From the NCBI GenBank assembly GCA_003567955.1, contig PWYF01000095.1, forward strand, positions 1-45,701: a stretch of 45,701 nucleotides of DNA. The letters run 5' to 3'. The notes beneath the pieces are model-generated. The model saw only the letters and a program-made list of their open reading frames with translations, made no database searches and was not told the DNA's origin. Origin of the DNA: Thiotrichales bacterium (GTDB lineage: Bacteria > Pseudomonadota > Gammaproteobacteria > UBA5335 > SLRW01). Each line of letters starts with the position of its first letter. Positions within the stretch are counted from its first letter, which is position 1. A program made the position numbers and the translations under genes. Shown in pieces: positions 10,849-22,743 of this stretch.

Positions 10849-11832
10849 TCAAACGCTGATCGGGACGCCATGTGCAGCACTGTCGGTAAAGATTTCAAAG
10901 GCCGCGCCGTGGGCGCTGTTGAGCACCAGCGGCGGCTGCCCTGGACGCACAATACGCAAATCACAACGCGCAATCTTGCTGTTCAGGCAGGTCTTGCTGC
11001 CAGCCGGCGGATTATAATAGGTGAGCCCGGCAAAATGCCGGCGCGGCGCTTCAATGCGGGCCTCAATCGAGACCTCGCCACAACGACTCCTGAGGTCCCA
11101 CTCAAAAAAATCGTAACGGCCTTTTGCCCGCAAGGCATCCAGCGGCCGATTGAAATAATACTCCTGCCCGGCAAGGCGCAACATCGCCAGACTCATCCAG
11201 GGCGTATACACCGGCCCCAGACGCACCCGCGCGGTGGCGCACTCGAAAAACACCCCCGGCTCACCGTCAAACCCGACCACCTGCCCCCAGGCATACTGGT
11301 CGGTGTGGCGGCTGCCCCAGTTGTGGTTTTCACTGCCTCGCCACTGACGGATCGGCCAGGTTTCACCGTCGACGGTGAACTCGCCATTCAGGCGCAACTG
11401 CGGGCGCGAGGTGATGGACTTGGCACGCGGCAGGCGCTTGTCGTAGATCGACTCCGGCAACAACAGCATCGGCGCAGTACTGTCGGGGTCATATTCCAGC
11501 GCCCAGGCCAGGGTGTGCCCGGCATGCTGTACCTCACCCTGCAGTCGACCACTGACAAGGCTTGCCGCCGGCAACTCCACGCCCATGGCATCGCTGCCAA
11601 AACGGCACTGATCCAGGGGGAATTCCTGCTTGACGGCAGTGACCTGATCCTTTTCACCATCAAACCAGATCGCCCAGATCTCTCCCAGTGACGGCCGCTT
11701 ATCATCGGCAATGAATTGCGTATAGCGAATCCACAGCGCCAGCGGGCGCTCGGGATGATTGGCGCGCACAAACCAGCTCTCGTAATGCCCGCCCTGACCG
11801 GGGTACTGACTGGCATGCCGTGGCACATTCAC
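10849..11832 (-). CDS. Hypothetical protein, 327 aa (possibly a tocopherol-cyclase/AttH-like beta-barrel fold; weak)
   Basis: Long ORF with sensible composition and a 4-nt overlap with the upstream gene. The N-terminal GGHYESWFVRANHP resembles, from memory only, the opening motif of tocopherol-cyclase-like proteins. Confidence 0.55.
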   Translation of the reverse strand: MNVPRHASQYPGQGGHYESWFVRANHPERPLALWIRYTQFIADDKRPSLGEIWAIWFDGEKDQVTAVKQEFPLDQCRFGSDAMGVELPAASLVSGRLQGEVQHAGHTLAWALEYDPDSTAPMLLLPESIYDKRLPRAKSITSRPQLRLNGEFTVDGETWPIRQWRGSENHNWGSRHTDQYAWGQVVGFDGEPGVFFECATARVRLGPVYTPWMSLAMLRLAGQEYYFNRPLDALRAKGRYDFFEWDLRSRCGEVSIEARIEAPRRHFAGLTYYNPPAGSKTCLNSKIARCDLRIVRPGQPPLVLNSAHGAAFEIFTDSAAHGVPISV

Positions 11833-12287
11833 GATTGCGCTCCGTACTCACCAAAAGCCTCGCGCTGATCTGCCAAACGCAGGGCGGTAAAGGGAAATGC
11901 CAGCATGGAATCCCGGTAGGCCACTTCGGCGACACCGGCGAATTCATCATCCCGGTACACCTGCATGGGGCAGGTCACCAGCGAGTGCAGCAAGCCTTCC
12001 CCTTTGAAACCGTAGGCCTTGTTGCCTTCAACAAACAGCCGCCCGAGTTCCGGATGCTCGAACTCCAGCCAGTAATGCGGCCCTTTGAGCTGCAGGGTCA
12101 GCTCACCCCGACAGGGACACTCCGCCCCGTCCAGGGTCGCCATGCCGCGAAATTCACGTGGCGTACTGAAGCTCAAAATACGCGACGTAAAAGCGCGAAT
12201 AGCAAACGCAAAATCCCGTTCCTGCGCTTCCCCGTCAAGCTTCAGCCAGCCGCTCATTTTCTCCCGGATTACCAGTCCTTTAGCCAT
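11829..12287 (-). CDS. Hypothetical protein, 152 aa
   Basis: ORF tightly placed between the GMC oxidoreductase (33-nt gap) and the 327-aa ORF (4-nt overlap). No motif recognised. Confidence 0.5.
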   Translation of the reverse strand: MAKGLVIREKMSGWLKLDGEAQERDFAFAIRAFTSRILSFSTPREFRGMATLDGAECPCRGELTLQLKGPHYWLEFEHPELGRLFVEGNKAYGFKGEGLLHSLVTCPMQVYRDDEFAGVAEVAYRDSMLAFPFTALRLADQREAFGEYGAQS

Positions 12288-12320
12288 TAGCGTCTCCTCC
12301 TCCGGTCCATCATCCCTGTC

Positions 12321-14267
12321 TCAGCGCTTGCTGGCAATCTCGCCGGCAAGCCGCCGGGCCGCCCGCCCCACCACGGCCATAATCGTCACCTGCGGATTCA
12401 CCCCCAGACTGGAAGGCAGATTGCTGCCATCCATCACATACAGCCCCTGCCAGCCGTGCACGCGATGGCCCTGGTCACACACCCCGTCGGCCGCACTGGC
12501 AGCCAGACGCGCCGTGCCCAGGGGGTGATAGGCGGTCATCAGAAAATCCCGGGGTTTCGTGGCGCGCGCCATAAAGGCGTCAAGCTCGGCCTCACTGTGC
12601 AGGGTGGGCAGGCTTGAGGGCCCGGGAATGGTAATACTGGTCGCCCCCCCGCGCAGATACATGCGCGCCAGCGTTTCAATGCCGCGCCGGAACAGGGCAA
12701 AATCCTGCCGGTTCATACGATAGGTGAGCAGGGGAAAGTCACGGTGCAACCCGCGGCGCACCCGGCCTTCGCTGGTATCGCGAATCATGAAGCCAAAGTA
12801 GGCGGTCTGCTGGTAGCCTTCGCAGAAGCGCACGAACTCCTCGCCATAGAGGTTGTTCATCAGGCCATGGCCGGCAAAGGGGATGGTGCCGCCTTCAAAC
12901 ATCAGGCCTTCATCGGCCAGGTCGGCCACACCAAAACCCTGCGGAATGGACCGCGAATTACGAAAATTCCGGTCCGGAAACCAACCCTTCACCGCCCCGG
13001 CCGGATGAATGGTCAGATGCCGGCCCAGATGCGGGTTACGCACGCCATTGCTGCGCAGGAAAGGCGGCGTGAGAAACGTCCCCATGGCCACCACCACATG
13101 CGGGGCATGCACGGTCAGCTTGACCCGGCGTCCGCCAGCGCCCGCGCCGGTGGCCCTCACGCCGTGAACGGTGCGCCCGCGCCGCAACAGCCGTTGCACG
13201 CGCGCACCGGCATACAAGTGGGCACCCGCCTCCAGCGCGCGCGGGATATAACTGAGATTGGTGGATTGCTTGGCATCACTGGGGCAACCAAACTGGCACA
13301 ACCCCTGACCCTGACAACCGGGCGCATTGCGCCGCAACGGGTAGAATTTCCCGAAGCCCATGGCCCTGGCGCCTTCGGCAATCACATCGCCGATCGGGCC
13401 CACATGCTCACGAGGCGCCTCACATACTCCGAGGATCTCCTCCACCCGCTCATACCAGCCGGCCATTTCACCCGCATCATAATCAAGACCAAACCGCGCG
13501 CGCCATTGATCCAGCACGCTGTCCGGCAGGCGCATGCAGGTGCCGGAATTAATGGTGGTCGTCCCCCCCACGTTACGGCCAATGGGTACCGGGATGACCG
13601 CATTGCCAATAGTCGCAGTCGCGCCGGCGGCGCGATAAAGCTTCGGGATCACCCGCGTCAGGCGGCCGTCGAAATCACGCCGATCGTAATAACCCCCTTC
13701 TTCAAGGATCACCACCGACAACCCCTGCTCGGCAAATTCCAGTGCCGCCGCCGCCCCGCCCGCGCCGCTGCCGATCACGACCACATCCGCCTCGATCTCG
13801 TGATCGGAGGTGAATTCGTGCATGCGGTGGATACGTGTGTGCCAGTCAGCGGCGGGCAGTTCCTGCGGCACATCCACGGCCGGGCGACTGCCCGCCTCAT
13901 GCTGAATGCGCTCATCCATCAGCCAGGCCAGCTTGAAGGGACCACTCACCGCCCGCAGCAACGGGCCACTGAGCGGCGTGCGCGCCAGCCGTGTCACAAA
14001 GGCCTGGCGCCGGGGTAACGCGGCCGCATGCAAACGCCCACCATGACGCAGCAGGTAACGCAGTGCCAGCCATCCCAAACCAGTTGCCACGGCAAAGCGA
14101 AACAGCGGACGCCCGTCAACGTAACCCGCCACGGTATTGGCCACATTGACCGGATCGGCGGCCGGCATGCGTTCGCCCGCCGGAAACAGGGCCTCAGCAA
14201 GGGCCTCGGCCGTCCCCCGCCAGGGCAGCCGACCACTACGCTCGCTCATATCGTTTTCTCCCCTCAC
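12321..14267 (-). CDS. GMC-family FAD oxidoreductase with a ~150-aa N-terminal extension (long-chain alcohol-oxidase-like architecture)
   Basis: Rossmann FAD motif DVVVIGSGAGGAAAALEFAEQGLSVVILEEGG. C-terminal GMC signature region (HPLGTARL ... YVMDGSNLPSSLGVNPQVTIMAV). Confidence 0.8.
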   Translation of the reverse strand: MRGENDMSERSGRLPWRGTAEALAEALFPAGERMPAADPVNVANTVAGYVDGRPLFRFAVATGLGWLALRYLLRHGGRLHAAALPRRQAFVTRLARTPLSGPLLRAVSGPFKLAWLMDERIQHEAGSRPAVDVPQELPAADWHTRIHRMHEFTSDHEIEADVVVIGSGAGGAAAALEFAEQGLSVVILEEGGYYDRRDFDGRLTRVIPKLYRAAGATATIGNAVIPVPIGRNVGGTTTINSGTCMRLPDSVLDQWRARFGLDYDAGEMAGWYERVEEILGVCEAPREHVGPIGDVIAEGARAMGFGKFYPLRRNAPGCQGQGLCQFGCPSDAKQSTNLSYIPRALEAGAHLYAGARVQRLLRRGRTVHGVRATGAGAGGRRVKLTVHAPHVVVAMGTFLTPPFLRSNGVRNPHLGRHLTIHPAGAVKGWFPDRNFRNSRSIPQGFGVADLADEGLMFEGGTIPFAGHGLMNNLYGEEFVRFCEGYQQTAYFGFMIRDTSEGRVRRGLHRDFPLLTYRMNRQDFALFRRGIETLARMYLRGGATSITIPGPSSLPTLHSEAELDAFMARATKPRDFLMTAYHPLGTARLAASAADGVCDQGHRVHGWQGLYVMDGSNLPSSLGVNPQVTIMAVVGRAARRLAGEIASKR

Positions 14268-14371
14268 ACAACTGCCAGCCTGAGAACAGCAGCTGACAGC
14301 TTGTCAAGCCTGCATCCTGCAGCAAGCCCCGATACCCGCGCAAACCCGTCAACGCCAGAGCGCTGCCCGGT

Positions 14372-15307
14372 TCATCGTCGCCCCAGCCGCGAAATCGGAA
14401 AATGGACTTCGCCGTCGGCCGTATTGCGTGACAGCGGGGTGTCAGGCGCCCATGCATGGCCCTGAACCACTTCCATGGTGACCCGGCGACAGCCCGCCTC
14501 GGCCGGCCACAATCGGGCCAATTGTTGCAGTATACCGCTACCGCGCAACCCGGGTGGGCGCCCGTGATTGAGATTGCCGGCGCCGGCCACACGCAGATCA
14601 GCCCAAAGGCGTGACAATGAGGCGTATTCCAGCGTCAGCTGCTCCACATCCATCACCGGGTCCGCCAACCCCGCCCGGACCAGCGCATCACCCACATCAT
14701 GCATATCCATGAAGGGATTAATGTGGGTGTAGTCATCCATTTGCGCCCATGCGCGCTTGAGCTCAATCAGGCTATCCGGCCCCAGGCTGCTGAATATCAT
14801 CAGCCCACCCGGGCGCAACACCCGGGCACATTCCCGGAAAACACGCTCCGGCTCACACCAGGGCAACATCAGACTGGAAAACACCATATCCACGCTGGCA
14901 TCAGCCAGCGGCAACGCTGCGGCGTCGGCCGCCACTGGCCACGGCTGACGTCGCCACCAGCCACGCCGCCGACGCACCCCGGCCAGCATGGGCAACGCCA
15001 GGTCCACTGCCAGCACTTGTGCCCGCGGGTAATGGCGCATCAGCGTGGCCGCCCCCTTCCCGGGCCCGCAGCCCAGGTCCACGATACGTTCGGGCGCCAG
15101 CCGGATCAGCGCCAGGCGCTCAAGCATGCGCTCGCGCACCTCGTCGTAGAAAAACGGGTTGCGCGCATGCGCCCGGGCGCGGCGTGCAAATCCGGCTCGC
15201 ACCTGTCGCGGATCAAAGCCCGGCTGAAAATCATCTTCGCGATTCAATGCTGATGCTCTCGTCTGATGCGCAATCGATTCTCCGGGGGCATACTGGTGGT
15301 CTGCCAT
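14372..15307 (-). CDS. bioC: SAM-dependent methyltransferase, BioC-like (malonyl-ACP O-methyltransferase)
   Basis: Class I methyltransferase motif I (IVDLGCGPGKG) and the FSSLMLPWC motif typical of BioC. Divergent from comF, a position where biotin-pathway genes are often found. Confidence 0.7.
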   Translation of the reverse strand: MADHQYAPGESIAHQTRASALNREDDFQPGFDPRQVRAGFARRARAHARNPFFYDEVRERMLERLALIRLAPERIVDLGCGPGKGAATLMRHYPRAQVLAVDLALPMLAGVRRRRGWWRRQPWPVAADAAALPLADASVDMVFSSLMLPWCEPERVFRECARVLRPGGLMIFSSLGPDSLIELKRAWAQMDDYTHINPFMDMHDVGDALVRAGLADPVMDVEQLTLEYASLSRLWADLRVAGAGNLNHGRPPGLRGSGILQQLARLWPAEAGCRRVTMEVVQGHAWAPDTPLSRNTADGEVHFPISRLGRR

Positions 15308-15328
15308 GGATGGGCAGCAACGCCAGGG

Positions 15329-16066
15329 ATGGACACCATGTTATTCACAAGTCGACCCCCGAACCAGCTCACAGCACTGATACAACGCCTGTGGCCGGGT
15401 CGTTGCCTGCTGTGCGGCGAGGCTACAACTAACAAGCGCATTTGCGCAGCCTGCCAGCAAGATCTGCCGCGCAACCACTGTCCCTGCCCGCACTGTGCGC
15501 AACCCATGCCAGCCCCCGCCGCCACCGCGTGCGCGGCATGCCTGCATCGCACCCCGATATTTAGCCGGGTGATCGCGCCATGGATTTACGCCCTGCCCGT
15601 GGACCATTTGCTGCACCGTTTCAAATACCACGGGCAGCTTGGCTACGGTGATCTGCTTGGCTCACTGCTGGCCGAACATCTGTCGACAACCCTGACGGAA
15701 GCGCAACGGCCCGGTCTGATTCTGCCTGTCCCCTTGCATCCGGCACGTCAACGCCGGCGCGGATTCAACCAGGCCCTGGAACTGGCGCGACCGGTGGCAC
15801 AACGACTGAACGTGCCGCTGGAAAGCCGCCGCCTGCGCCGTATACGCGCCACGCCGGAGCAGGTCCAGCTCAATGCCCGGGCTCGTCGACGCAACCTGCG
15901 CGGCGCCTTCAGCTTCCGGGGCACATGCCCGGCACACGTCGCCATCATGGATGATGTTTTCACCACCGGCAGCACCGCCGCAGAAATCGCCCGGGTCCTG
16001 CGTCGCGCCGGTGCCGAGCGCATTGAGGTATGGTGCGTTGCCCGCGCTATCGCAAAAACGTTTTAG
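15329..16066 (+). CDS. comF: ComF-family protein (phosphoribosyltransferase domain, N-terminal Cys-rich zinc-finger-like region)
   Basis: CLLCGE...CAACQ...CPCPHC...CAAC cysteine clusters plus the PRTase motif VAIMDDVFTTGST. The start is moved to the ATG at 15329 (or 15338) because the track start at 15266 overlaps bioC. Confidence 0.8.
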   Translation: MDTMLFTSRPPNQLTALIQRLWPGRCLLCGEATTNKRICAACQQDLPRNHCPCPHCAQPMPAPAATACAACLHRTPIFSRVIAPWIYALPVDHLLHRFKYHGQLGYGDLLGSLLAEHLSTTLTEAQRPGLILPVPLHPARQRRRGFNQALELARPVAQRLNVPLESRRLRRIRATPEQVQLNARARRRNLRGAFSFRGTCPAHVAIMDDVFTTGSTAAEIARVLRRAGAERIEVWCVARAIAKTF

Positions 16067-16084
16067 GTGTTAGGTGTTAGGTTT
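16064..16084. repeat. 7-bp tandem repeat TAGGTGT x2 + TAGGTTT, overlapping the comF stop codon
   Basis: Read directly: TAGGTGT TAGGTGT TAGGTTT TAAG. It sits in an AT-rich island within otherwise GC-rich DNA. Confidence 0.8.
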
Positions 16085-16147
16085 TAAGACAAAGCGCTTG
16101 TGCGCTTCGCGCCCTCGCAATTTCTGAAAACTGAAAACTTCCGCGCG

Positions 16148-17290
16148 TCAGCGCGGAATGACTTCTTTCTGGAGCGTGAGTTTGCGGCTGTTGGCTTCGC
16201 CGCAGACGGCGAAACCGCGCAGCCGCCCCTCGGCATCAATGAAGCGGGCTTCGAGGTCGTCGCCCTCGCCCTCGACTCGCCACTCGCCATCTACGCCCTC
16301 AGCGGGCGGACACACGGTCAGGGGCAGGGCCGGCGTTTTAACCACCACCGGCATCACCGGATAGGTGAGCTCGCGCGACTCGCCGGCCAGCACTGCGGCC
16401 AGTGCCCGGGCCTCGTTCATCAGCGGCATCACATAGGGCAACACCTGGCCGTCCACTTCGGCGCAATCACCGATGGCGTGAATATGCGGATCACTGGTGG
16501 TCAGTTGTGCGTCCACCACAATGCCACGTTCACAGGCAAGGCCGACCTCCTCCGCCAGATACGTGCGGGGTCGCAGCCCCACGGCGGAAAGCACCACATC
16601 CCCGGACAGCGTGGTGCCATCCTCCAGGGTAACTATGTAGCCTTCATTGTCCCGGTCCACCGCCTGCGCCGGATTACCCAGATGCCAGCTCACCCCCAGC
16701 CCGTCCAGCCGCCGCTTGATGGCCTCGCCAATCTCCGGCGGCGCCAGCCGGGCCAGCGGCTGATCGGCCAGCTCCACCAGCGCCACCTCATAACCGGCCC
16801 CGCGCAGATCATTGGCGAACTCACAACCAATCAGCCCGGCACCCAGCACCACCACGCGCGCTGATTCGCCAATGGCTTCGCGAAAACGGGCGTAATCATT
16901 CAGGTCATTCACAGACAGCACTTCGTCGGCCGCATCACCCTTGAGTGGCAGACGGATGGGGTCGGCACCCAGCGCCAGCACCAGATGGCCGTAATCCAGC
17001 GTTTCGCCATTATCCAGGGTGAGCTGGCGGGCCTCGCGATCAACCCCGGTGATGCGGGTGCGCGTGAGAATGCGCGCGTCCAGTTGCTCACGCATGCCAT
17101 CGGCATCCCGATTGGGCAAGTCGGCAGCCATCTTGCCCTGGGCCAGGGCGTTGGAGAGCATGGGCTTGGAGTAGGATTCACCATTATCGGCGGTGATGAT
17201 GACGAGTTCACTGTCACTGTCGTGCTTGCGAAACTCCCTCGCCAGCGTGTAGCCCGCCAGACCCGACCCTGCAATCACAATACGACCCAT
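16148..17290 (-). CDS. FAD/NAD(P)-dependent oxidoreductase, rubredoxin-NAD+ reductase-like
   Basis: N-terminal IVIAGSGLAGYTLAREFRK and a second dinucleotide fold VVVLGAGLIGCEFANDL. Size (380 aa) and pattern match RubB/AlkT-type reductases. Confidence 0.7.
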   Translation of the reverse strand: MGRIVIAGSGLAGYTLAREFRKHDSDSELVIITADNGESYSKPMLSNALAQGKMAADLPNRDADGMREQLDARILTRTRITGVDREARQLTLDNGETLDYGHLVLALGADPIRLPLKGDAADEVLSVNDLNDYARFREAIGESARVVVLGAGLIGCEFANDLRGAGYEVALVELADQPLARLAPPEIGEAIKRRLDGLGVSWHLGNPAQAVDRDNEGYIVTLEDGTTLSGDVVLSAVGLRPRTYLAEEVGLACERGIVVDAQLTTSDPHIHAIGDCAEVDGQVLPYVMPLMNEARALAAVLAGESRELTYPVMPVVVKTPALPLTVCPPAEGVDGEWRVEGEGDDLEARFIDAEGRLRGFAVCGEANSRKLTLQKEVIPR

Positions 17291-17336
17291 GCGTTATAAC
17301 TCCCTGAATAAAAATGAATGTATGTTCAGCGATCTC

Positions 17337-19809
<2,473 letters not shown>

Positions 19810-19820
19810 GCGCCAGCACC

Positions 19821-22136
19821 TCAGCCGGAGCCGGTTTCGGCCTCCGGCGCCATTTCCGGAGCCGGCTCGGCAAAACCGCATTCCTTCTGCGGGCACACCC
19901 GCTCGGTACCGCGGCGCTTGGTGGTTTTCACTGTCAGGATGGGCCAGCCGCAATCCGGACAGGGCCCGGGCACGGGTTCGTTCCAGACCGCGTACTTGCA
20001 TTCCGGGTAAGTGCTGCAGGAAAAGAACACCTTGCCATAGCGGGATTTTTTCTCCAGCAAGCTGCCCTTGTGACATTCCGGGCACTCGATGCCGGTATCA
20101 CGCGGCTTTTCCAGCGGTTCGATATGGCGACACTTGGGATAGGCGCTACAGCCAATAAACTTGCCATAACGGCCGGTGCGAATGATCAAATCGGAATCGC
20201 ACTTGGGGCACTGGCGCCCTTCCACCACCTGTGGTTCGGTGCCGCCGGCATCCGCATCATCATTCAGATTGCGGGTGTAATCACACTCCGGAAAGCCGCT
20301 GCAACCGATAAAACGACCGCGACGGCCCAGACGGATGGTCAGCTGCTTGCCGCACTTGGGACAGTCCTCGTCGAGTTTCTCCTGGGTGACTTCCGAGCGC
20401 GAGACATTTTCCTGGGTATCGTCGACACGCGCCTTGAATGGCTCCCAGAATTCCCTGAGCAGGGGCTGCCAGTCCCGTTCACCGCGCGAGACCGCGTCGA
20501 GCTGGTCTTCCAGCCGGGCGGTGAACTGATAGTCCACATACTGGGGGAAGTAGCGGGTCAGGAAACGATTCACCACCTTGCCCACATCGGTGGGCACAAA
20601 GCGCTTGCGATCCATCTCCACATACTCACGATCCTGCAGGGTGGAGATGATCGAGGCGTAGGTGGAAGGCCGGCCGATGCCGTATTCCTCCAGCGCCTTG
20701 ACCAGCGTGGCCTCACTGTAGCGCGGCGGCGGCTCGGTGAAATGCTGCTCGGGGATGATGTCACGCAGGGCCAGGCGTTCGCCTTCCTCCACCCGCGGCA
20801 ACTCGCGGTCCTCATCCTCATCACCCTTGCTGTCATCGCGGCCCTCCTGATAGACCGCCATGAAACCGGGGCTGACCATGGTGGAACCGGTGGCGCGAAA
20901 GGTGTGGGCCTCACCCGCTTCCAGATGGATGGCCACAGTATCAAAGGTGGCGTGGATCATCTGGCAGGCCACGGTGCGCTTCCAGATCAGCTCATAAAGA
21001 CGGAACTGCTCTTCGCTGAGATGGGCACGGATGACCGCCGGCTCACGCATCACCGAGGTTGGCCGAATACCCTCGTGGGCTTCCTGGGCATTTTTGGCGC
21101 GCGTCTTGTAGGTACGCGGCTTGTCCGGCAGATTGTCCTCACCGAACTTGTCGGCCACCAGCTGACGAATCTCGGTAATCGCGTCATTGGCCAGTGTCAC
21201 CGAATCGGTACGCATGTAGGTAATCAGGCCGACGGTTTCGCCACCGAGCTCAATGCCTTCATAGAGTTGCTGTGCCACCCGCATGGTCCGGCGCGCGGTA
21301 AAGCCGATCTTGCGCGAGGCTTCCTGCTGCAGGGTGGAGGTGATGAAGGGTGCCGACGGATTGCGCCGGCGCTGTTTGCGCTCAACCTTGCTGACCAGCA
21401 GTTCGCCGCCGGCCGCCTCACCCAGGCGCTGGCAGGCGGCACTGGCCTCGGACTCGGCGGTAATCGTGAACTGCTCGAATTTTTCCCCGTCCAGGCGGGC
21501 CAGTTTGGCGCGGAAAGTAGCGTCCTCGCGCGCCACCTCGGCCTCGATCGACCAGTATTCTCGAGCCTGGAAGGCCTCGATTTCCTCTTCACGCTCGACA
21601 ATCAGCCGCAGCGCGGGGCTTTGTACACGTCCGGCAGACAACCCGCGGCGGATTTTCTTCCACAGCAGGGGGGAGAGATTAAAGCCCACCAGATAATCCA
21701 GGGCCCGACGCGCCTGCTGGGCATCCACCAGCTCGGGGGCTACATCGCGGGGTGCGGCGATGGCTTCCTGCACCGCATTTTTGGTGATCTCGTGGAACAC
21801 CACGCGATACACCGGCTTGTCCTTGAGCAAGCCCTTCTCGCGCAGCACTTCCAGCAAATGCCAGGAAATCGCCTCGCCTTCGCGATCCGGGTCAGTGGCC
21901 AGATACAGCGCATCGGCCTTTTTCAGCGCCTTGCCGATGGCCTGCACATGCTTCTCGTTACGCTCAATGACCTGATAGGTCATGGCGAAATCATGGGCCG
22001 TATCGACCGCACCCTCCTTGGGGATGAGATCACGGACATGCCCATAGGAGGCCATAACCTCGAAGTCCTTGCCCAGATACTTCTTGATGGTCTTGGACTT
22101 GGCCGGCGATTCGACAATAACGAGATTCTTGCTCAT
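19821..22136 (-). CDS. topA: DNA topoisomerase I
   Basis: MSKNLVIVESPAKSKTIKKYLG Toprim start, active-site region, and C-terminal Cys4 zinc ribbons (CPKCG...CSGFPEC, CPKC...CSAYPKC, CPEC...CSTYPEC). Confidence 0.95.
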   Translation of the reverse strand: MSKNLVIVESPAKSKTIKKYLGKDFEVMASYGHVRDLIPKEGAVDTAHDFAMTYQVIERNEKHVQAIGKALKKADALYLATDPDREGEAISWHLLEVLREKGLLKDKPVYRVVFHEITKNAVQEAIAAPRDVAPELVDAQQARRALDYLVGFNLSPLLWKKIRRGLSAGRVQSPALRLIVEREEEIEAFQAREYWSIEAEVAREDATFRAKLARLDGEKFEQFTITAESEASAACQRLGEAAGGELLVSKVERKQRRRNPSAPFITSTLQQEASRKIGFTARRTMRVAQQLYEGIELGGETVGLITYMRTDSVTLANDAITEIRQLVADKFGEDNLPDKPRTYKTRAKNAQEAHEGIRPTSVMREPAVIRAHLSEEQFRLYELIWKRTVACQMIHATFDTVAIHLEAGEAHTFRATGSTMVSPGFMAVYQEGRDDSKGDEDEDRELPRVEEGERLALRDIIPEQHFTEPPPRYSEATLVKALEEYGIGRPSTYASIISTLQDREYVEMDRKRFVPTDVGKVVNRFLTRYFPQYVDYQFTARLEDQLDAVSRGERDWQPLLREFWEPFKARVDDTQENVSRSEVTQEKLDEDCPKCGKQLTIRLGRRGRFIGCSGFPECDYTRNLNDDADAGGTEPQVVEGRQCPKCDSDLIIRTGRYGKFIGCSAYPKCRHIEPLEKPRDTGIECPECHKGSLLEKKSRYGKVFFSCSTYPECKYAVWNEPVPGPCPDCGWPILTVKTTKRRGTERVCPQKECGFAEPAPEMAPEAETGSG

Positions 22137-22256
22137 GCGTTCCAGTCAGCAAACGAGTCGGGGCTGGCGGACCAGCGCGGCAAATGCGGCATCCTGCAAG
22201 TCACGGCGCGACAGGACCCGGCAGCGGGCAAGGCACCATGTCGGGCAGAAACCGGC

Positions 22257-22742
22257 TCAGTGGACGGGGCCAAAAGCCTGATCAAAAACCAGGTCTTCTA
22301 CCCAGGCGTAAGCAGCCTCCTGTCCGGGTAAATTGAACAACACCATCAACACCACCCACTTGACCTGGTCAAGATCAATTTCGTCGCTCTCAAGCGCCAT
22401 GATGCGCTCAAGCACGATCTCGCGATGCGCCGGGCTGAGAACGCCGTTGTGTTCCAGAAACATAATAAAGCCAAGACATTCGGCATCCAGACGGGCCGCC
22501 TCGCGGCTGCTGAAGATACGCATGGCCGCCTCGGCGTGCAGCTGTTCCTGCTGGGGCGGGCGCTCACGGTGGGTGGCCAACCCCTCCAGCCAGGCAAAGG
22601 CTTTTTCAATTTCGCCGTCGCGGAAACCGGCCTGCTCGAGCTCCTCGGTCAAACTGGCACGGTCGGGCTGCTGGCGGGCGCGTTCGTCGTCCATGTAGTT
22701 GTCAAACAGATAGATCAGGACCTCGAGTACGTCCTCCTTCAT
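22257..22742 (-). CDS. smg: Smg protein (DUF494)
   Basis: MKEDVLEVLIYLFDNYMD N-terminus. Conserved dprA-smg-topA context. Confidence 0.85.
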   Translation of the reverse strand: MKEDVLEVLIYLFDNYMDDERARQQPDRASLTEELEQAGFRDGEIEKAFAWLEGLATHRERPPQQEQLHAEAAMRIFSSREAARLDAECLGFIMFLEHNGVLSPAHREIVLERIMALESDEIDLDQVKWVVLMVLFNLPGQEAAYAWVEDLVFDQAFGPVH

Positions 22743-22743
22743 C

